In this document: positions 19,384 through 29,836 of the stretch, in pieces | How positions within the stretch are numbered: the first letter of the stretch is position 1 | How the letters are laid out: every line of letters begins with the position of its first letter | Translations under genes and position numbers: made by a program | Notes under the pieces: generated by a model | Seen by the model: the letters and a program-made list of their open reading frames with translations, nothing else | Databases searched by the model: none | Told to the model about the DNA's origin: nothing | Assembly: GCA_902631295.1 (NCBI GenBank) | Contig: CACOXV010000008.1 | Span: forward strand, 9,189-73,188 | Source of the DNA: Paracoccaceae bacterium | GTDB taxonomy: Bacteria > Pseudomonadota > Alphaproteobacteria > Rhodobacterales > Rhodobacteraceae | DNA length: 64,000 nucleotides | Reading direction: 5' to 3'

Positions 19384-21015
19384 GTGCAGTCTGTGGAAAA
19401 AAACTTTGATGTAATAGTTATCGGTTCTGGTCATAATGGTTTGGTTAATGCTTGTTACCTTCAAAAAGCGGGTTTGAACGTTCTTGTTTTAGAAAAAAAT
19501 GACTGGATAGGTGGTGCTGCGGTTAGTCGTGAGCTTCATCCTGGAATTTTATATTCAAACTGTTCTTATGTTTGCAGTCTTTTTAGACCTGAAATCATGA
19601 GAGATTTGGAGCTGCCAAAACATGGTCTGCAGATTGTTGCGATAGAGGGCGGTACGGTATTTACAAGGGATGGCGATTATCTTGCATCCTTTAGAAACTA
19701 CCATGCAAAAAAACGAGAGTTAGAACGGTTTAGTGTAAAAGACAGTGAAGCTTATTCAAGATACTCTCGCGATATTCTAAAGCAGTGCAGATTTATTCAA
19801 CCACTTTTAATGAGAACCGCACCAGATCCAGCGAGCTTTAAATTTAGAGATCTTTCAGAAATGCTTTATCTGTTGCGTAAAGTAAATGACTTAACTGCGA
19901 GTGAATTAGCTGATACCGTTCGTTTCTGGACTATGTCAATTTCAGACTTTTTAGATGAATATTTTGAAAATGACGTAATAAAGGCTTCTCTAGCAGTGTC
20001 CGGTATCATCGGCACAGCTTTGGGCCCGATGTCACCAGGTACCGCCTACGTGCTATTGCATCACTACATGGGCGAAGTTGATGGTTCGATCGGGGCTTGG
20101 GGCTACGCCCGAGGAGGAATGGGTGCTATTTCTAAAGCTCTGACCTCATCCTTTAGGGCAATGGGTGGAACGTTGCTAAATAATTCTGAGGTGGAAAAAG
20201 TTGATATTAGAGGTGCTCGAGTTAAAGGTGTGATATTAAAAAATGGGGACGAGTATTTAGCGCAAAATGTTGTTTCAAATGCTGATGTAAAGCGAACATT
20301 TTTGAAATTGACTGATCCCGAACATCTGCCACCAAACTTTGTAAAAAAAGTGAATAACTTTAAGATACGTGGCTCATCAGGAAAGGTAAATATCGCTCTT
20401 GATAGTATGCCGAATTTCCCTGTTATTTCAGATAATAATCCATGTTTAAAAGGTGATATTCATTTCACAGACAGTATTGAGAGGATGGAGAGAGCTTACG
20501 ATGATTGGAAAATGGGAACTTGGTCTAGGGATCCGTTTTTAGATATGATGATACCTACTTTAACCGATCCTACCATGGCTCCTCCTGGCAAGCATTTTAT
20601 GAGTTGCTTTGTTCAGTATTGTCCCCCTAAAGTAGGTGGCCAAAATTGGACTAAAGAAAATAAGGAAGCATTTGGAGAGACAGTAATTCAACAAATTGCA
20701 GATTATTCACCAGGGTTCAAAGATAAGATACTGCACATGGAAGTAAGAACTCCTAAAGAACTTGAAGAAGAGGTTGGTTTGACAGAGGGAAATATTTTTC
20801 AGGGCGAGTTAACTTTTGACCAGTTATTGTTTAATAGACCAATCCCAGGTTATGCCCAATATAGAAGCCCCATTAAAGGGCTCTACATGTGTGGTTCCTC
20901 TACTCATCCAGGGGGTGGTGTCATGGGTGCTCCTGGTCGGAATGCGGCCGTTGAAATACTCAAGGATCTTAATATGCCTGACTCCGACATTAGGGATGCT
21001 TATGAAGTCTTATGA
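19384..21015 (+). CDS. Phytoene-dehydrogenase-like FAD oxidoreductase (COG1233/PYROXD2-like), subunit 1
   Basis: GSGHNGL, SYVCSLFRP, LLHHYMGE, GGMGAIS, GNIFQGEL, CGSSTHPGGGVMGAPG. Confidence 0.88.
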   Translation: MQSVEKNFDVIVIGSGHNGLVNACYLQKAGLNVLVLEKNDWIGGAAVSRELHPGILYSNCSYVCSLFRPEIMRDLELPKHGLQIVAIEGGTVFTRDGDYLASFRNYHAKKRELERFSVKDSEAYSRYSRDILKQCRFIQPLLMRTAPDPASFKFRDLSEMLYLLRKVNDLTASELADTVRFWTMSISDFLDEYFENDVIKASLAVSGIIGTALGPMSPGTAYVLLHHYMGEVDGSIGAWGYARGGMGAISKALTSSFRAMGGTLLNNSEVEKVDIRGARVKGVILKNGDEYLAQNVVSNADVKRTFLKLTDPEHLPPNFVKKVNNFKIRGSSGKVNIALDSMPNFPVISDNNPCLKGDIHFTDSIERMERAYDDWKMGTWSRDPFLDMMIPTLTDPTMAPPGKHFMSCFVQYCPPKVGGQNWTKENKEAFGETVIQQIADYSPGFKDKILHMEVRTPKELEEEVGLTEGNIFQGELTFDQLLFNRPIPGYAQYRSPIKGLYMCGSSTHPGGGVMGAPGRNAAVEILKDLNMPDSDIRDAYEVL

Positions 21016-22564
21016 TGTTATTGTAATTGGAGCTGGACACAATGGTCTCATCGTAGCTTCAAAGTTGGCTTCTTCCGGAAGAAAAGTTCTTCTAATTGAA
21101 GCTGGCGAGACCTACGGTGGGATGGCCAGGAGTGAAGTTTTATTTGAAGGTTTCCAAGCGCCGGAATTGGCTAGTAATGCATTTGGTATTTCAAAAGATG
21201 TAGTGCAAGATTTGGGTCTCAGCAAATATGAGATTTTGTTTAATGAAGATGGTTTAAAGACCGTAGGCCTGAACACAGAAAATGAAAATGTTATATTTGG
21301 CAGTAGTTTTGGAAAAAGTATCGAGGGTATAGGAAAGGAAGAATTCAAACGATGGAAAGAATTAAGAGAGAAATTTTTTAATCAAAGCCATCTGTTTCAA
21401 AGATTGGCATCGCAAATTCCTGTAGGAGGTAATCACAAAACATTTGGCAGTAAAGTCAATTTATTTTTGACAGCTGCAAAATTAAGGCTGCAAGGTAGAG
21501 AACAATTTCAAGAACTTTTACGAATGATTACCATGTGCATCGCTGATTTAGTAGAAGAAGAACTTGAAACACCTTCTCTAAAAGGACTAATTTCATTTGA
21601 CTCTACATTAGGTATTAAACTAGGGCCTAGATCGCCAACGTCATATCTAGGTTTATTGTACAAACTTTCACAAATTAAAGCCTCCTATCAAGAGAAATCA
21701 TTGTCTATTCATGGCGGTGTAACCAGTTTCATTAATGCTCTGTTTAAGTCAGCTGAGGAAAATGGAGTGGATTTCGTCTTTAAGGGGAAAGTCAGTTCAA
21801 TTATTATATCGGATTCCGTAGCGACAGGTGTAAAGCTAGAAAACGGGGTGGAATACTCTGCAAAAACAATTGTCTCCTCCATCAGTCCAGTGAACACCTT
21901 TCTTGATTTAGTCGGTGCTCAAAACTTGGAGACTGATCTAACAAGACGGATTCGAGCTCTTAGGTACTCGGGAAATACCAGTAAACTCAATATTATTTTG
22001 GAGGAAATTCCAAAGTTAAATAATTCTCAAAACCTAGATGAAAACTACCGATATGTTTATGCCCCTTCTCTAGCCTCAGTGGAAAGTAACTTTAATTCCC
22101 TTAAATATAATGAGCTTCCTTCTGATCCCAATTTTGAAATATATTTCAATAAGATTTCTTCCGAATCTTCTCTCAATGGAGCAGTTATGGCCTCCATTTG
22201 TATTCAGAATACGCCATATTCTCTTAAAGGTGGCTGGAAAAATTCAAAGGAAGTTTTGATGAAAAAGGTAATCTCAACAATTCAAAAATTGGCTCCTGAT
22301 TTTAGCAAGGGTATTTTATTCAAAAGTCTTCTTCTTCCGCATGAAACTGAAAAAAAATATTGCGTTGCCGGTGGTCACTGGCACCATAGTGAATTACAAA
22401 TAGATAGTCTCTATTCATTGAGGCCGACATTTGATGTGTCAGATTATTCCACCCCTATTGATGGCCTTTTCATTTGTGGAGCGGGCACCCATCCAGGTGG
22501 TAATCTTTTTGGCTTGTCAGGCTTAAACGCAGCTAAAAAGATCTTGCGAGAGAGTATAAAATGA
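21002..22564 (+). CDS. Phytoene-dehydrogenase-like FAD oxidoreductase, divergent paralogue (subunit 2)
   Basis: MKSYDVIVIGAGHNGL start overlapping the upstream stop; GGHWHH.EL, CGAGTHPGG. Confidence 0.85.
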   Translation: MKSYDVIVIGAGHNGLIVASKLASSGRKVLLIEAGETYGGMARSEVLFEGFQAPELASNAFGISKDVVQDLGLSKYEILFNEDGLKTVGLNTENENVIFGSSFGKSIEGIGKEEFKRWKELREKFFNQSHLFQRLASQIPVGGNHKTFGSKVNLFLTAAKLRLQGREQFQELLRMITMCIADLVEEELETPSLKGLISFDSTLGIKLGPRSPTSYLGLLYKLSQIKASYQEKSLSIHGGVTSFINALFKSAEENGVDFVFKGKVSSIIISDSVATGVKLENGVEYSAKTIVSSISPVNTFLDLVGAQNLETDLTRRIRALRYSGNTSKLNIILEEIPKLNNSQNLDENYRYVYAPSLASVESNFNSLKYNELPSDPNFEIYFNKISSESSLNGAVMASICIQNTPYSLKGGWKNSKEVLMKKVISTIQKLAPDFSKGILFKSLLLPHETEKKYCVAGGHWHHSELQIDSLYSLRPTFDVSDYSTPIDGLFICGAGTHPGGNLFGLSGLNAAKKILRESIK

Positions 22565-23778
22565 TACAGTCAAATGGGAAAAATGATAGGGATATAATAT
22601 TTGGCAAACCACTTTTTAGGTCTCCCTTTTATGATTTTTTTGCTGCGCAGGAAACTGAAGGTAATTGGTATAATTGGAATGGATACAAATCACCAACAAT
22701 TGTATCAGATCAGGAGTTAGAATATTTTTCTATCCGTTCAACTTGTAGTGTCTTCGATATTACTCCTTTAAATAAATATAGAATTGTAGGGTCACAGGCT
22801 GTAGAATTTTTAAACAAGCTTACTGTAAGAGATGTTGCTAAACAGAATGTTGCTACAGTTAAGTACACATTGTGGTGTGATCAGGATGGATTTGTAATTG
22901 ATGATGGAACACTTTTTAGGATTTCCGATAATGATTTTCGCCTGTGTTCGCAGGAAAAGCATCTTCCTTGGCTGATTGATACATCGCATGGCTTTGATGT
23001 TGAAATTATTGATGAGAGTAAGCACGTTTGTGGAATATCTCTTCAGGGGCCCACTTCTGCCTCAATTCTCCGCTTACTTGGGGTAAACGGCATAGATAAT
23101 TTGAAACCGTTTCATCTTTTTCAAACAAAAATATCAAATATCCCAATAATGATATCAAGAACTGGTTTTACTGGAGACTTGGGTTACGAAATTTTTTTGA
23201 AAAATAATGTGGCAAATAAATTTATTGAGAGAGTTTGGAACGCAGGCACCAATCATGGAATTACAGCGATTGGATACAACGCCTTAAATATGGCTAGAAT
23301 AGAAGCAGGTTTTATAGTGGCTAATATTGATTTTATTTCGTCTGATCATGCAATAAGGCCAAATAGATGTAGACGCCCTGATGATCTTGGTCTCGGATGG
23401 ATAGTTGACCTGAACAAAGGGTTCTTCAATGGAAGAAGGGCTATTATAAATAGTAAGTTGGAAGACAGTGAAGTTTTTAAGATTTATGCTTTAGAAATAG
23501 ATGGAAAAGAGCCAGCCGAGGGATCAATAATATATTATAACAAAAAAGATGAGGTTGGTACTGTGACTTCAGCTATTTGGTCACCTATGACAAAAAAATC
23601 TATTGCTCTCGCTCAGTTGAAATTGGGTTCATCAAAATCAAAAAAAGACAATTTATGGGTCGAAATATATTCTCTGAAAGAGTTACAATATCATAAACTT
23701 ATGAAGAAAGTTTCTATAGTAAAGCCACCATTTGTCAATTTATCAAGGAGATCTGCTTGCCCACCGGCTAAATGTTGA
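22561..23778 (+). CDS. GcvT-family THF-dependent aminomethyl/methyltransferase (DmdA/LigM-like fold)
   Basis: EYFSIR..SVFDITP, DDGTLFR, SRTGFTGDLGYE, RIEAG; ATGA overlap. Confidence 0.88.
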   Translation: MIQSNGKNDRDIIFGKPLFRSPFYDFFAAQETEGNWYNWNGYKSPTIVSDQELEYFSIRSTCSVFDITPLNKYRIVGSQAVEFLNKLTVRDVAKQNVATVKYTLWCDQDGFVIDDGTLFRISDNDFRLCSQEKHLPWLIDTSHGFDVEIIDESKHVCGISLQGPTSASILRLLGVNGIDNLKPFHLFQTKISNIPIMISRTGFTGDLGYEIFLKNNVANKFIERVWNAGTNHGITAIGYNALNMARIEAGFIVANIDFISSDHAIRPNRCRRPDDLGLGWIVDLNKGFFNGRRAIINSKLEDSEVFKIYALEIDGKEPAEGSIIYYNKKDEVGTVTSAIWSPMTKKSIALAQLKLGSSKSKKDNLWVEIYSLKELQYHKLMKKVSIVKPPFVNLSRRSACPPAKC

Positions 23779-23885
23779 CTTTTAAGATATTGACGGGTTT
23801 GGAGATTAGCTTTTATCGTTTTTATAAGTCTTTAGTTTTACTTTTACGATGTTACGATTATGTCGTTCACGTTTATAAAGTGAAT

Positions 23886-25103
23886 TTAATGATTGTTTAA
23901 TTGATCTTTATTTTTTTTAGCAAGCAGACTTTCGTTTGCCTGAAGTAATCTACCTCGATCTGGTTCTGGGCCTAAAAGAACGGGAAAGTGTTCTCTTAAA
24001 GCATCATGGTAAGCCTTAACTCCGTATTCTAGATCAGACAATATCACACCCTGGTAAGCACTTGAAAAAGCGGCTTCCCATGACCATTCGATTAATTGTT
24101 CGTCTTCTTTGCTTGTTATTCTGTCGATTCTCATGCTCAGGTATCTAGAAATTCTCATCTTGCGGTCTTCGTCTCCAAACTTATAGTTCGCTCCGCGTTG
24201 TATAGTCTTACCATTTTCAACTGGGTATTCTTGATAGAAAATTACAGAGTCGGGGTAGAGACCAAAAACTAAGTTTGGAAATACACCAAGATACAACCAA
24301 CATTTTTTGTGTGCTTCGTCTAAAGTAGCTTTGGGTTGGAGCAATTTTTTGTAATTTTTTACACTCCACAGCCTACCATTGGTTGAACTAAATGAACCAA
24401 CCGATCTAGAAACACCGCCTTCAAGAGGTTCATCGTAATAGTTTTCCCCAAATAAATCGTGTAACCCTGGATGCGCCATTGGTACATGATATCCTTCATT
24501 ATCGACGTCACGTACACATTTCCAATTTGCATTAATTTGTTCTGTCCAAAATCCTTCTCCTGTGGGTTCAACATCTTCTAGATCATATTGGGAAATTTCA
24601 TTTTCAAATTTGCGTAGAAATTTTGAAAGCGGCGGTTGTGGCCCAGGCTGAAATCTTACAAAAACAAAACCATGCCAAATATCCATTTCAAGTGGAATTA
24701 GACCATATTCTAGCTTGTCTAAATTAGGGAAAGATTTAGGCTGTGCAGCACCTCGCAAAGACCCGTCTAAATTATAAGTCCAACCGTGAAATGGGCAAAG
24801 TATAACTGACCTGCAATTACCATATTCTTCAGCTACAACCCTTGATCCACGGTGACGGCACAAATTATGAAATGCTCTTACTTTCCCATCTTTTCCTCTT
24901 AAAACCAGTGCTCTCTCACCAATCAAATCCCACGTTATAAAATCTCCCACGTTTGGTATATCATTACTGTGGCATACCAATTGCCAGTGACGCCGAAATA
25001 GCAAATCTTTTTCGGCGTCAAACATTTCTTGATTAATGAAACTCCAGGCTGGTAAACCAGTGCGATCCCAATCATTGGATAATTCTGGACTTTTGTTTTC
25101 CAC
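23886..25103 (-). CDS. Rieske non-heme iron oxygenase alpha subunit (betaine/choline N-demethylase-like group)
   Basis: CRHRG and CPFHGW Rieske ligands; NWK..DNEGYHV..AH mononuclear Fe site. Confidence 0.9.
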   Translation of the reverse strand: MENKSPELSNDWDRTGLPAWSFINQEMFDAEKDLLFRRHWQLVCHSNDIPNVGDFITWDLIGERALVLRGKDGKVRAFHNLCRHRGSRVVAEEYGNCRSVILCPFHGWTYNLDGSLRGAAQPKSFPNLDKLEYGLIPLEMDIWHGFVFVRFQPGPQPPLSKFLRKFENEISQYDLEDVEPTGEGFWTEQINANWKCVRDVDNEGYHVPMAHPGLHDLFGENYYDEPLEGGVSRSVGSFSSTNGRLWSVKNYKKLLQPKATLDEAHKKCWLYLGVFPNLVFGLYPDSVIFYQEYPVENGKTIQRGANYKFGDEDRKMRISRYLSMRIDRITSKEDEQLIEWSWEAAFSSAYQGVILSDLEYGVKAYHDALREHFPVLLGPEPDRGRLLQANESLLAKKNKDQLNNH

Positions 25104-25274
25104 TTATTATGCCTTTTTATGCAATGATAAGCTCTTTGCAATTGTAAGCAATTAAAAAATTAGAAAAATCAGATCCGTTAATAATACTTGATTATATAGC
25201 GTGTTTCTTTACTCAACAATAAATTGACTGAATAGAAAAAAAGTGTTCACTTGTATTAATCAAGGAGAGAAAAA

Positions 25275-26258
25275 ATGATTTCAATAACACGTAGATTTTT
25301 AATAGCAGTCACATTTGTTTGCTCAGGTTTAATGATGGCTAGTGCTTCATATGCTGATAAGATCAAAGTTGCTGCAATATACACGCTCCCCGTGGAGCAA
25401 CAATGGATAAGTAGAATACATAAAGCTCTGAATACTGCTGCCTCACGAGGAGACATCGAGTATATTTTTTCAGAGAACATCGCAAATACTGACTATGAGA
25501 GAGTAATGCGGGAATATGCCGAACAAGGCATGCAATTAATCGTTGGAGAAGTTTTTGGTCTAGAGCGTGCTGCGCGAAAAGTTGCCAAAGACTATCCTGA
25601 GACCGCTTTTTTGATGGGCTCATCTTTCACACCTGTTGCTCCAAACTTTTCTGTTTTTGACAACTGGATTCATGAACCTTCATATCTGTCTGGCATGGTT
25701 GCGGGGGCTGCTACAAAATCCAATTTAATAGGTATGGTTGGTGGGTATGCTATACCGGAAGTAAATCGTCTAATGCATGCTTTTATGGATGGTGCCCGCG
25801 AAGTAAATCCTGATGTCAAATTCTTAGTGAACTTTATTGATAGTTGGTACGATCCTCCAAAAGCGAAGGAAAGTGCTTTTGCTATGATGGATGCTGGGGC
25901 AGACGTTATGTATGCAGAAAGATTCGGTGTTTCTGATGCAGCAGTAGAGCGTGGAGTTAAAGCTATCGGAAATGTTATTGATACTTCAGGGGATTATCCT
26001 GGGACAATAATGGCGTCTGCTATTTGGCATATGGAAGCCACAATAGATAAGGCGGTGTCCCGCGTGGCAGACGGATCATTCGAGGCCGCGGACTATGGAC
26101 AGTATAGTTTCATGGCTTACGGTGGTGGATCACTAATTATGGATGAAAATCTCATGTCTGCGGAAACAGCAGCTGCTGTAAAGGCGAGAGAAACAGAAAT
26201 TTTGGATGGTCTTTTCAGGGTCAACGTTAACGACGCCCGTCCCACTTCTGATAATTAG
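25275..26258 (+). CDS. BMP-family nucleoside/nucleobase ABC substrate-binding protein
   Basis: YLSGMVAG, IPEV, SWYDPPKAKE; AAGGAG RBS. Confidence 0.9.
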   Translation: MISITRRFLIAVTFVCSGLMMASASYADKIKVAAIYTLPVEQQWISRIHKALNTAASRGDIEYIFSENIANTDYERVMREYAEQGMQLIVGEVFGLERAARKVAKDYPETAFLMGSSFTPVAPNFSVFDNWIHEPSYLSGMVAGAATKSNLIGMVGGYAIPEVNRLMHAFMDGAREVNPDVKFLVNFIDSWYDPPKAKESAFAMMDAGADVMYAERFGVSDAAVERGVKAIGNVIDTSGDYPGTIMASAIWHMEATIDKAVSRVADGSFEAADYGQYSFMAYGGGSLIMDENLMSAETAAAVKARETEILDGLFRVNVNDARPTSDN

Positions 26259-26267
26259 AAAGTACGA

Positions 26268-26293
26268 GCGCTGGCTGCAACAGTGGGCAGCGC
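26268..26293 (+). other. Intercistronic hairpin after the BMP gene (mRNA-stabilising or attenuating)
   Basis: GCGCTG...CAGCGC inverted repeat without a U tract. Confidence 0.4.
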
Positions 26294-26302
26294 ACTTCAA
26301 AA

Positions 26303-27820
26303 ATGGAAGCATCGACTGTATTAAAGCTCAACGGGCTTGTAAAACGCTTTGGCTCAATTCTAGCGAATGATGATGTAACGCTTCACCTTCAAAAAGGAGA
26401 AGTTCTAGCGCTTCTTGGTGAAAATGGTGCAGGTAAAACAACGCTTATGAATATGTTGTTTGGTCATTATTTACCGGACTCTGGAAATATTGAGATTAGG
26501 GGTGTCAATGGTGATTTGGTCCCATTAGAGCTGGGTAATCCTAGTGCTGCTTTGGCTTCGGGAATTGGAATGGTCCATCAGCATTTTACTCTTGCTGAAA
26601 ATATTACAGCTTTTGATAATATTACTTTGGGCGCCGAGTCGCTGTTTTCGTTGAGGCGCAATCAGAGAAAAGCTGAAAAAAAAATTAACAATATAATGTC
26701 TAACAGTGGTTTAGAGGCACCGCTCGACATTCCCGTGGGAAGACTTTCAGTAGGAGAAAGGCAGCGTGTTGAAATCCTTAAAGCATTATACCGGGATGCT
26801 CATATTCTGGTACTTGACGAACCAACAGCAGTTCTCACACCACAAGAGGCAGATGCTTTATTTTCCAATTTAAGACGAATGACTAACCATGGTTTGTCGG
26901 TCATTTTCATAACTCATAAAATGCGTGAAGTTTTATCTTTTTCAGATAGGCTTGTTGTTTTGCGCCAAGGTAAAAATGTTGGAAGTATGGAAACCTCAAA
27001 TGCAAGCGAAAAGAAAATTGCACGCTTAATGGTTGGAAGTGAAACCCAAAAAGTATCTCCAAAAAGAATAACTCCTGGTAGTCCAATTTTATCGTTAAAT
27101 GACATTTCTGTAGCCGGCCGGTCAAAAAGAGACTCTCTTCAAAATATAAGTTTAATATTAAAATCGCATGAAATTTTAGGAATTGCCGGGATTTCAGGAA
27201 ATGGTCAAAATGTACTCGCTGATCTTATCTCTGGTTTGGCATCGCCTTATAAAGGCTCAATACTTTTAAAAGGTGTGGCCATTCAAAATATAAACCCTTT
27301 GAATATGATAAAATTGGGGTTTGGAAGGATCCCAGAGGATAGGCATCGGCAGGGAATAGTCGGTGGGTTAAGTGTTTCTGAAAATATGGTTATTGAGCGC
27401 TTGGATGATCCTCTAATTCAAAACTTTGGTTTTCTGCGTTCCTCCGTAATTAATGATAATGCGCAAACATTATCAGAAAAATATGATGTGCGAGGGCCAG
27501 GTATAGATCAAGCGTCTCGTTTATTATCTGGAGGGAACATTCAGAAGCTCATTTTGGCTAGAGTTTTTGAACAACAACCAGAGATAATTCTGGCTAATCA
27601 ACCAACTCGAGGACTTGATATGGGTGCGGCGTCTGATGTTCAGAGGCATCTAATTGAAGCCAGAGATCGGGGTGGGGGCGTTATTCTAATTTCTGAAGAT
27701 TTAGATGAGATCTTAGGGTTAGCCGATAGAATAGTGGTTATGAGAGATGGTAACTTAAATGATGTCAATTCAAGTAGCCGAGAGGCTATAGGCTTGATGA
27801 TGGCGGGAGAGTCTGTATGA
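26303..27820 (+). CDS. Nucleoside ABC transporter ATP-binding protein (double ABC domain)
   Basis: GENGAGKTT, LDEPTAVLTP, LSGGNIQK, QPTRGLD. Confidence 0.93.
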   Translation: MEASTVLKLNGLVKRFGSILANDDVTLHLQKGEVLALLGENGAGKTTLMNMLFGHYLPDSGNIEIRGVNGDLVPLELGNPSAALASGIGMVHQHFTLAENITAFDNITLGAESLFSLRRNQRKAEKKINNIMSNSGLEAPLDIPVGRLSVGERQRVEILKALYRDAHILVLDEPTAVLTPQEADALFSNLRRMTNHGLSVIFITHKMREVLSFSDRLVVLRQGKNVGSMETSNASEKKIARLMVGSETQKVSPKRITPGSPILSLNDISVAGRSKRDSLQNISLILKSHEILGIAGISGNGQNVLADLISGLASPYKGSILLKGVAIQNINPLNMIKLGFGRIPEDRHRQGIVGGLSVSENMVIERLDDPLIQNFGFLRSSVINDNAQTLSEKYDVRGPGIDQASRLLSGGNIQKLILARVFEQQPEIILANQPTRGLDMGAASDVQRHLIEARDRGGGVILISEDLDEILGLADRIVVMRDGNLNDVNSSSREAIGLMMAGESV

Positions 27821-28893
27821 TCCGCATCGAACCAAGGGAAAAGATATCAAACAGTAGCACGATATTCATACCGATAATCGCGGCTATAGTTTCTTTATTA
27901 TTTGCGGCGATACCAATAATTTCAGCCGGCGCTAATCCCCTAATTGCTTATGTTGAGATGGCGAAGGGTGTTTTTGGCTCTGTTTTTGCTGTTTCAGAGA
28001 TGTTGACCCGGGCTACACCGCTAATCTTTACTGGTCTTGCTGCGGCAATCGCTTTTCGGGCAAAACTTTGGAATATAGGTGCTGAAGGTCAACTTTACCT
28101 TGGCGCAATAGCTGCTGTGACTGTAGGGTCAGGTTTTTTTGATTTACCTGCTATTTTTTTATTACCTTTAATTATAGTCTTGGGAGCCTGTGCTGGCGCA
28201 GTAGGAATGGTTGCTCCAACATATCTGAAAGTACGTTTTGGCGCTGATGAGGTGGTAACAACACTTTTGCTCAACTTCATTATAATCATCTTTCTTCAAA
28301 TGTTGTTAGAAGGACCTTTGCAGGATCCAATGGGTTTGGGGTGGCCGCAGTCAGCTCCAATTTTGGATCAGGGTATGTTTCCACCACTAATTGATCGAAT
28401 GCGCGTTCATTCTGGTTTGATTTTAGCTGTTATTTTAGCTGTAATAGCCCATTTCATGATAAAGCACTCAGTTTGGGGATTTAAATTAAGAGCTGTTGGG
28501 GAAAACTCATCTGCTGCAAAGCATGCAGGGATAAACATAAATCGTTCACTCTTTGGAGTAGCCCTTCTTTCCGGGGGTCTTGCAGGGCTTGCCGGCGTGA
28601 GTGAAGTTGCCGGACTAAAAGGTTATCTCACTGCAGATCTTTCGCCTGGTTTTGGATATGCGGGAATAGTAGTTGCCATGTTGGCAGGATTATCTCCAAT
28701 CGGTGTTATAATTGCATCAGTTTTTATTGCTTCTGTGTTTGTTGGGGCTGACAGCATGAGTAGGGCAATGGGGATATCATCTTTCCTAGCAGACTTAGTG
28801 GTATCAGTATCTCTTTTATGTGTGTTAGTTGGAGGGTTCATCGCAAGATTTAAAATTGTGCGTGCTGGTACTGGGACAAGATTTTATGATTGA
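27817..28893 (+). CDS. Nucleoside ABC transporter permease 1
   Basis: WNIGAEGQ, EVVTTLLLN, LRAVGEN. Confidence 0.92.
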   Translation: MIRIEPREKISNSSTIFIPIIAAIVSLLFAAIPIISAGANPLIAYVEMAKGVFGSVFAVSEMLTRATPLIFTGLAAAIAFRAKLWNIGAEGQLYLGAIAAVTVGSGFFDLPAIFLLPLIIVLGACAGAVGMVAPTYLKVRFGADEVVTTLLLNFIIIIFLQMLLEGPLQDPMGLGWPQSAPILDQGMFPPLIDRMRVHSGLILAVILAVIAHFMIKHSVWGFKLRAVGENSSAAKHAGININRSLFGVALLSGGLAGLAGVSEVAGLKGYLTADLSPGFGYAGIVVAMLAGLSPIGVIIASVFIASVFVGADSMSRAMGISSFLADLVVSVSLLCVLVGGFIARFKIVRAGTGTRFYD

Positions 28894-29830
28894 TATCCTC
28901 AATATTTTGCTTACGGATAGTTTTTGGGCAGCATCTCTAAGGATCGCAACACCCTTAATTTTTGGTGTGTTAGGAGCTTTAATTTGTGAGAGATCTGGCA
29001 CCTTAAATCTAGGGATTGAAGGTATATTTGTTGTAGGTGCAATGTGTGGTTGGATGGCCACATGGTTAGGTGCTGGACTATGGGGTGGAATTTTAGTCGC
29101 ATTTTTATGTGGTGCATTCTTTGGATTAATACACGCGCTACTTACTGTGCCACTCGGGCTTTCGCAGCACGTCAGTGGGCTTGGAATAACTTTGTTTGCT
29201 ACTTCTATAAGCTACTTCACTTATCGAACAGCGTTGCCGGATGTTTCATCACCCCCAAGAATTGAGCCGTTTCAACCATTGGATATTCCTATACTTTCTG
29301 ATTTACCATTTATTGGATTAGTTTTGTTCCAGCAAACCGCTTTAACTTGGCTCGCTTTAATCATGGTATTATTAGTTTGGTATGTGCTGAATCGTACAAA
29401 CCTTGGATTGGCAATAAAAGCAGTTGGGGATAACCCGAATAGTGTGGATGCTCAGGGTTTATCAGTTTATGCAATTCGAATGTGGGCAATCGTTATTGGC
29501 TCAGCTCTGATGGCTCTTGGCGGGGCTTTTTTAACAATGAGCGCTTTTGATGCATTTTTCTTTGGGATGGTTAATGGTCGTGGATGGGTCTGTATTGCGC
29601 TCGTAATCTTTGCAAGTTGGAGACCGGGAAAAGCTTTAATAGGTGCACTTTTATTTGGTGCTTTTGATGCTTTGCAAGTAAGATTACAAACCGAGATGGG
29701 GGCCCTTGTTCCTGGGCAAGTTTTTTTGATGGCCCCATATGTTTTGTCAATTGTAGCGTTGGTGATAGCAGCAAGATCGGCAGACTATCCTAGAGCTTTA
29801 TTGACACCTTGGTACAAAGGGCAAAGGTAA
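28886..29830 (+). CDS. Nucleoside ABC transporter permease 2
   Basis: ERSGTLNLGIEG, GRGWVCIALVIF; ATG 28886 overlaps the previous stop. Confidence 0.92.
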   Translation: MIDILNILLTDSFWAASLRIATPLIFGVLGALICERSGTLNLGIEGIFVVGAMCGWMATWLGAGLWGGILVAFLCGAFFGLIHALLTVPLGLSQHVSGLGITLFATSISYFTYRTALPDVSSPPRIEPFQPLDIPILSDLPFIGLVLFQQTALTWLALIMVLLVWYVLNRTNLGLAIKAVGDNPNSVDAQGLSVYAIRMWAIVIGSALMALGGAFLTMSAFDAFFFGMVNGRGWVCIALVIFASWRPGKALIGALLFGAFDALQVRLQTEMGALVPGQVFLMAPYVLSIVALVIAARSADYPRALLTPWYKGQR

Positions 29831-29836
29831 GGTTAG

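Noticed and set aside
19384-22564. Carotenoid biosynthesis (crtI/crtO) call
   Set aside because: No crtB/crtE/crtY nearby; the genes are coupled to a GcvT protein and sit among amine genes.
22561-23778. gcvT or dmdA symbol
   Set aside because: No gcvH/gcvP nearby and no diagnostic evidence for DmdA; only the fold is supported.
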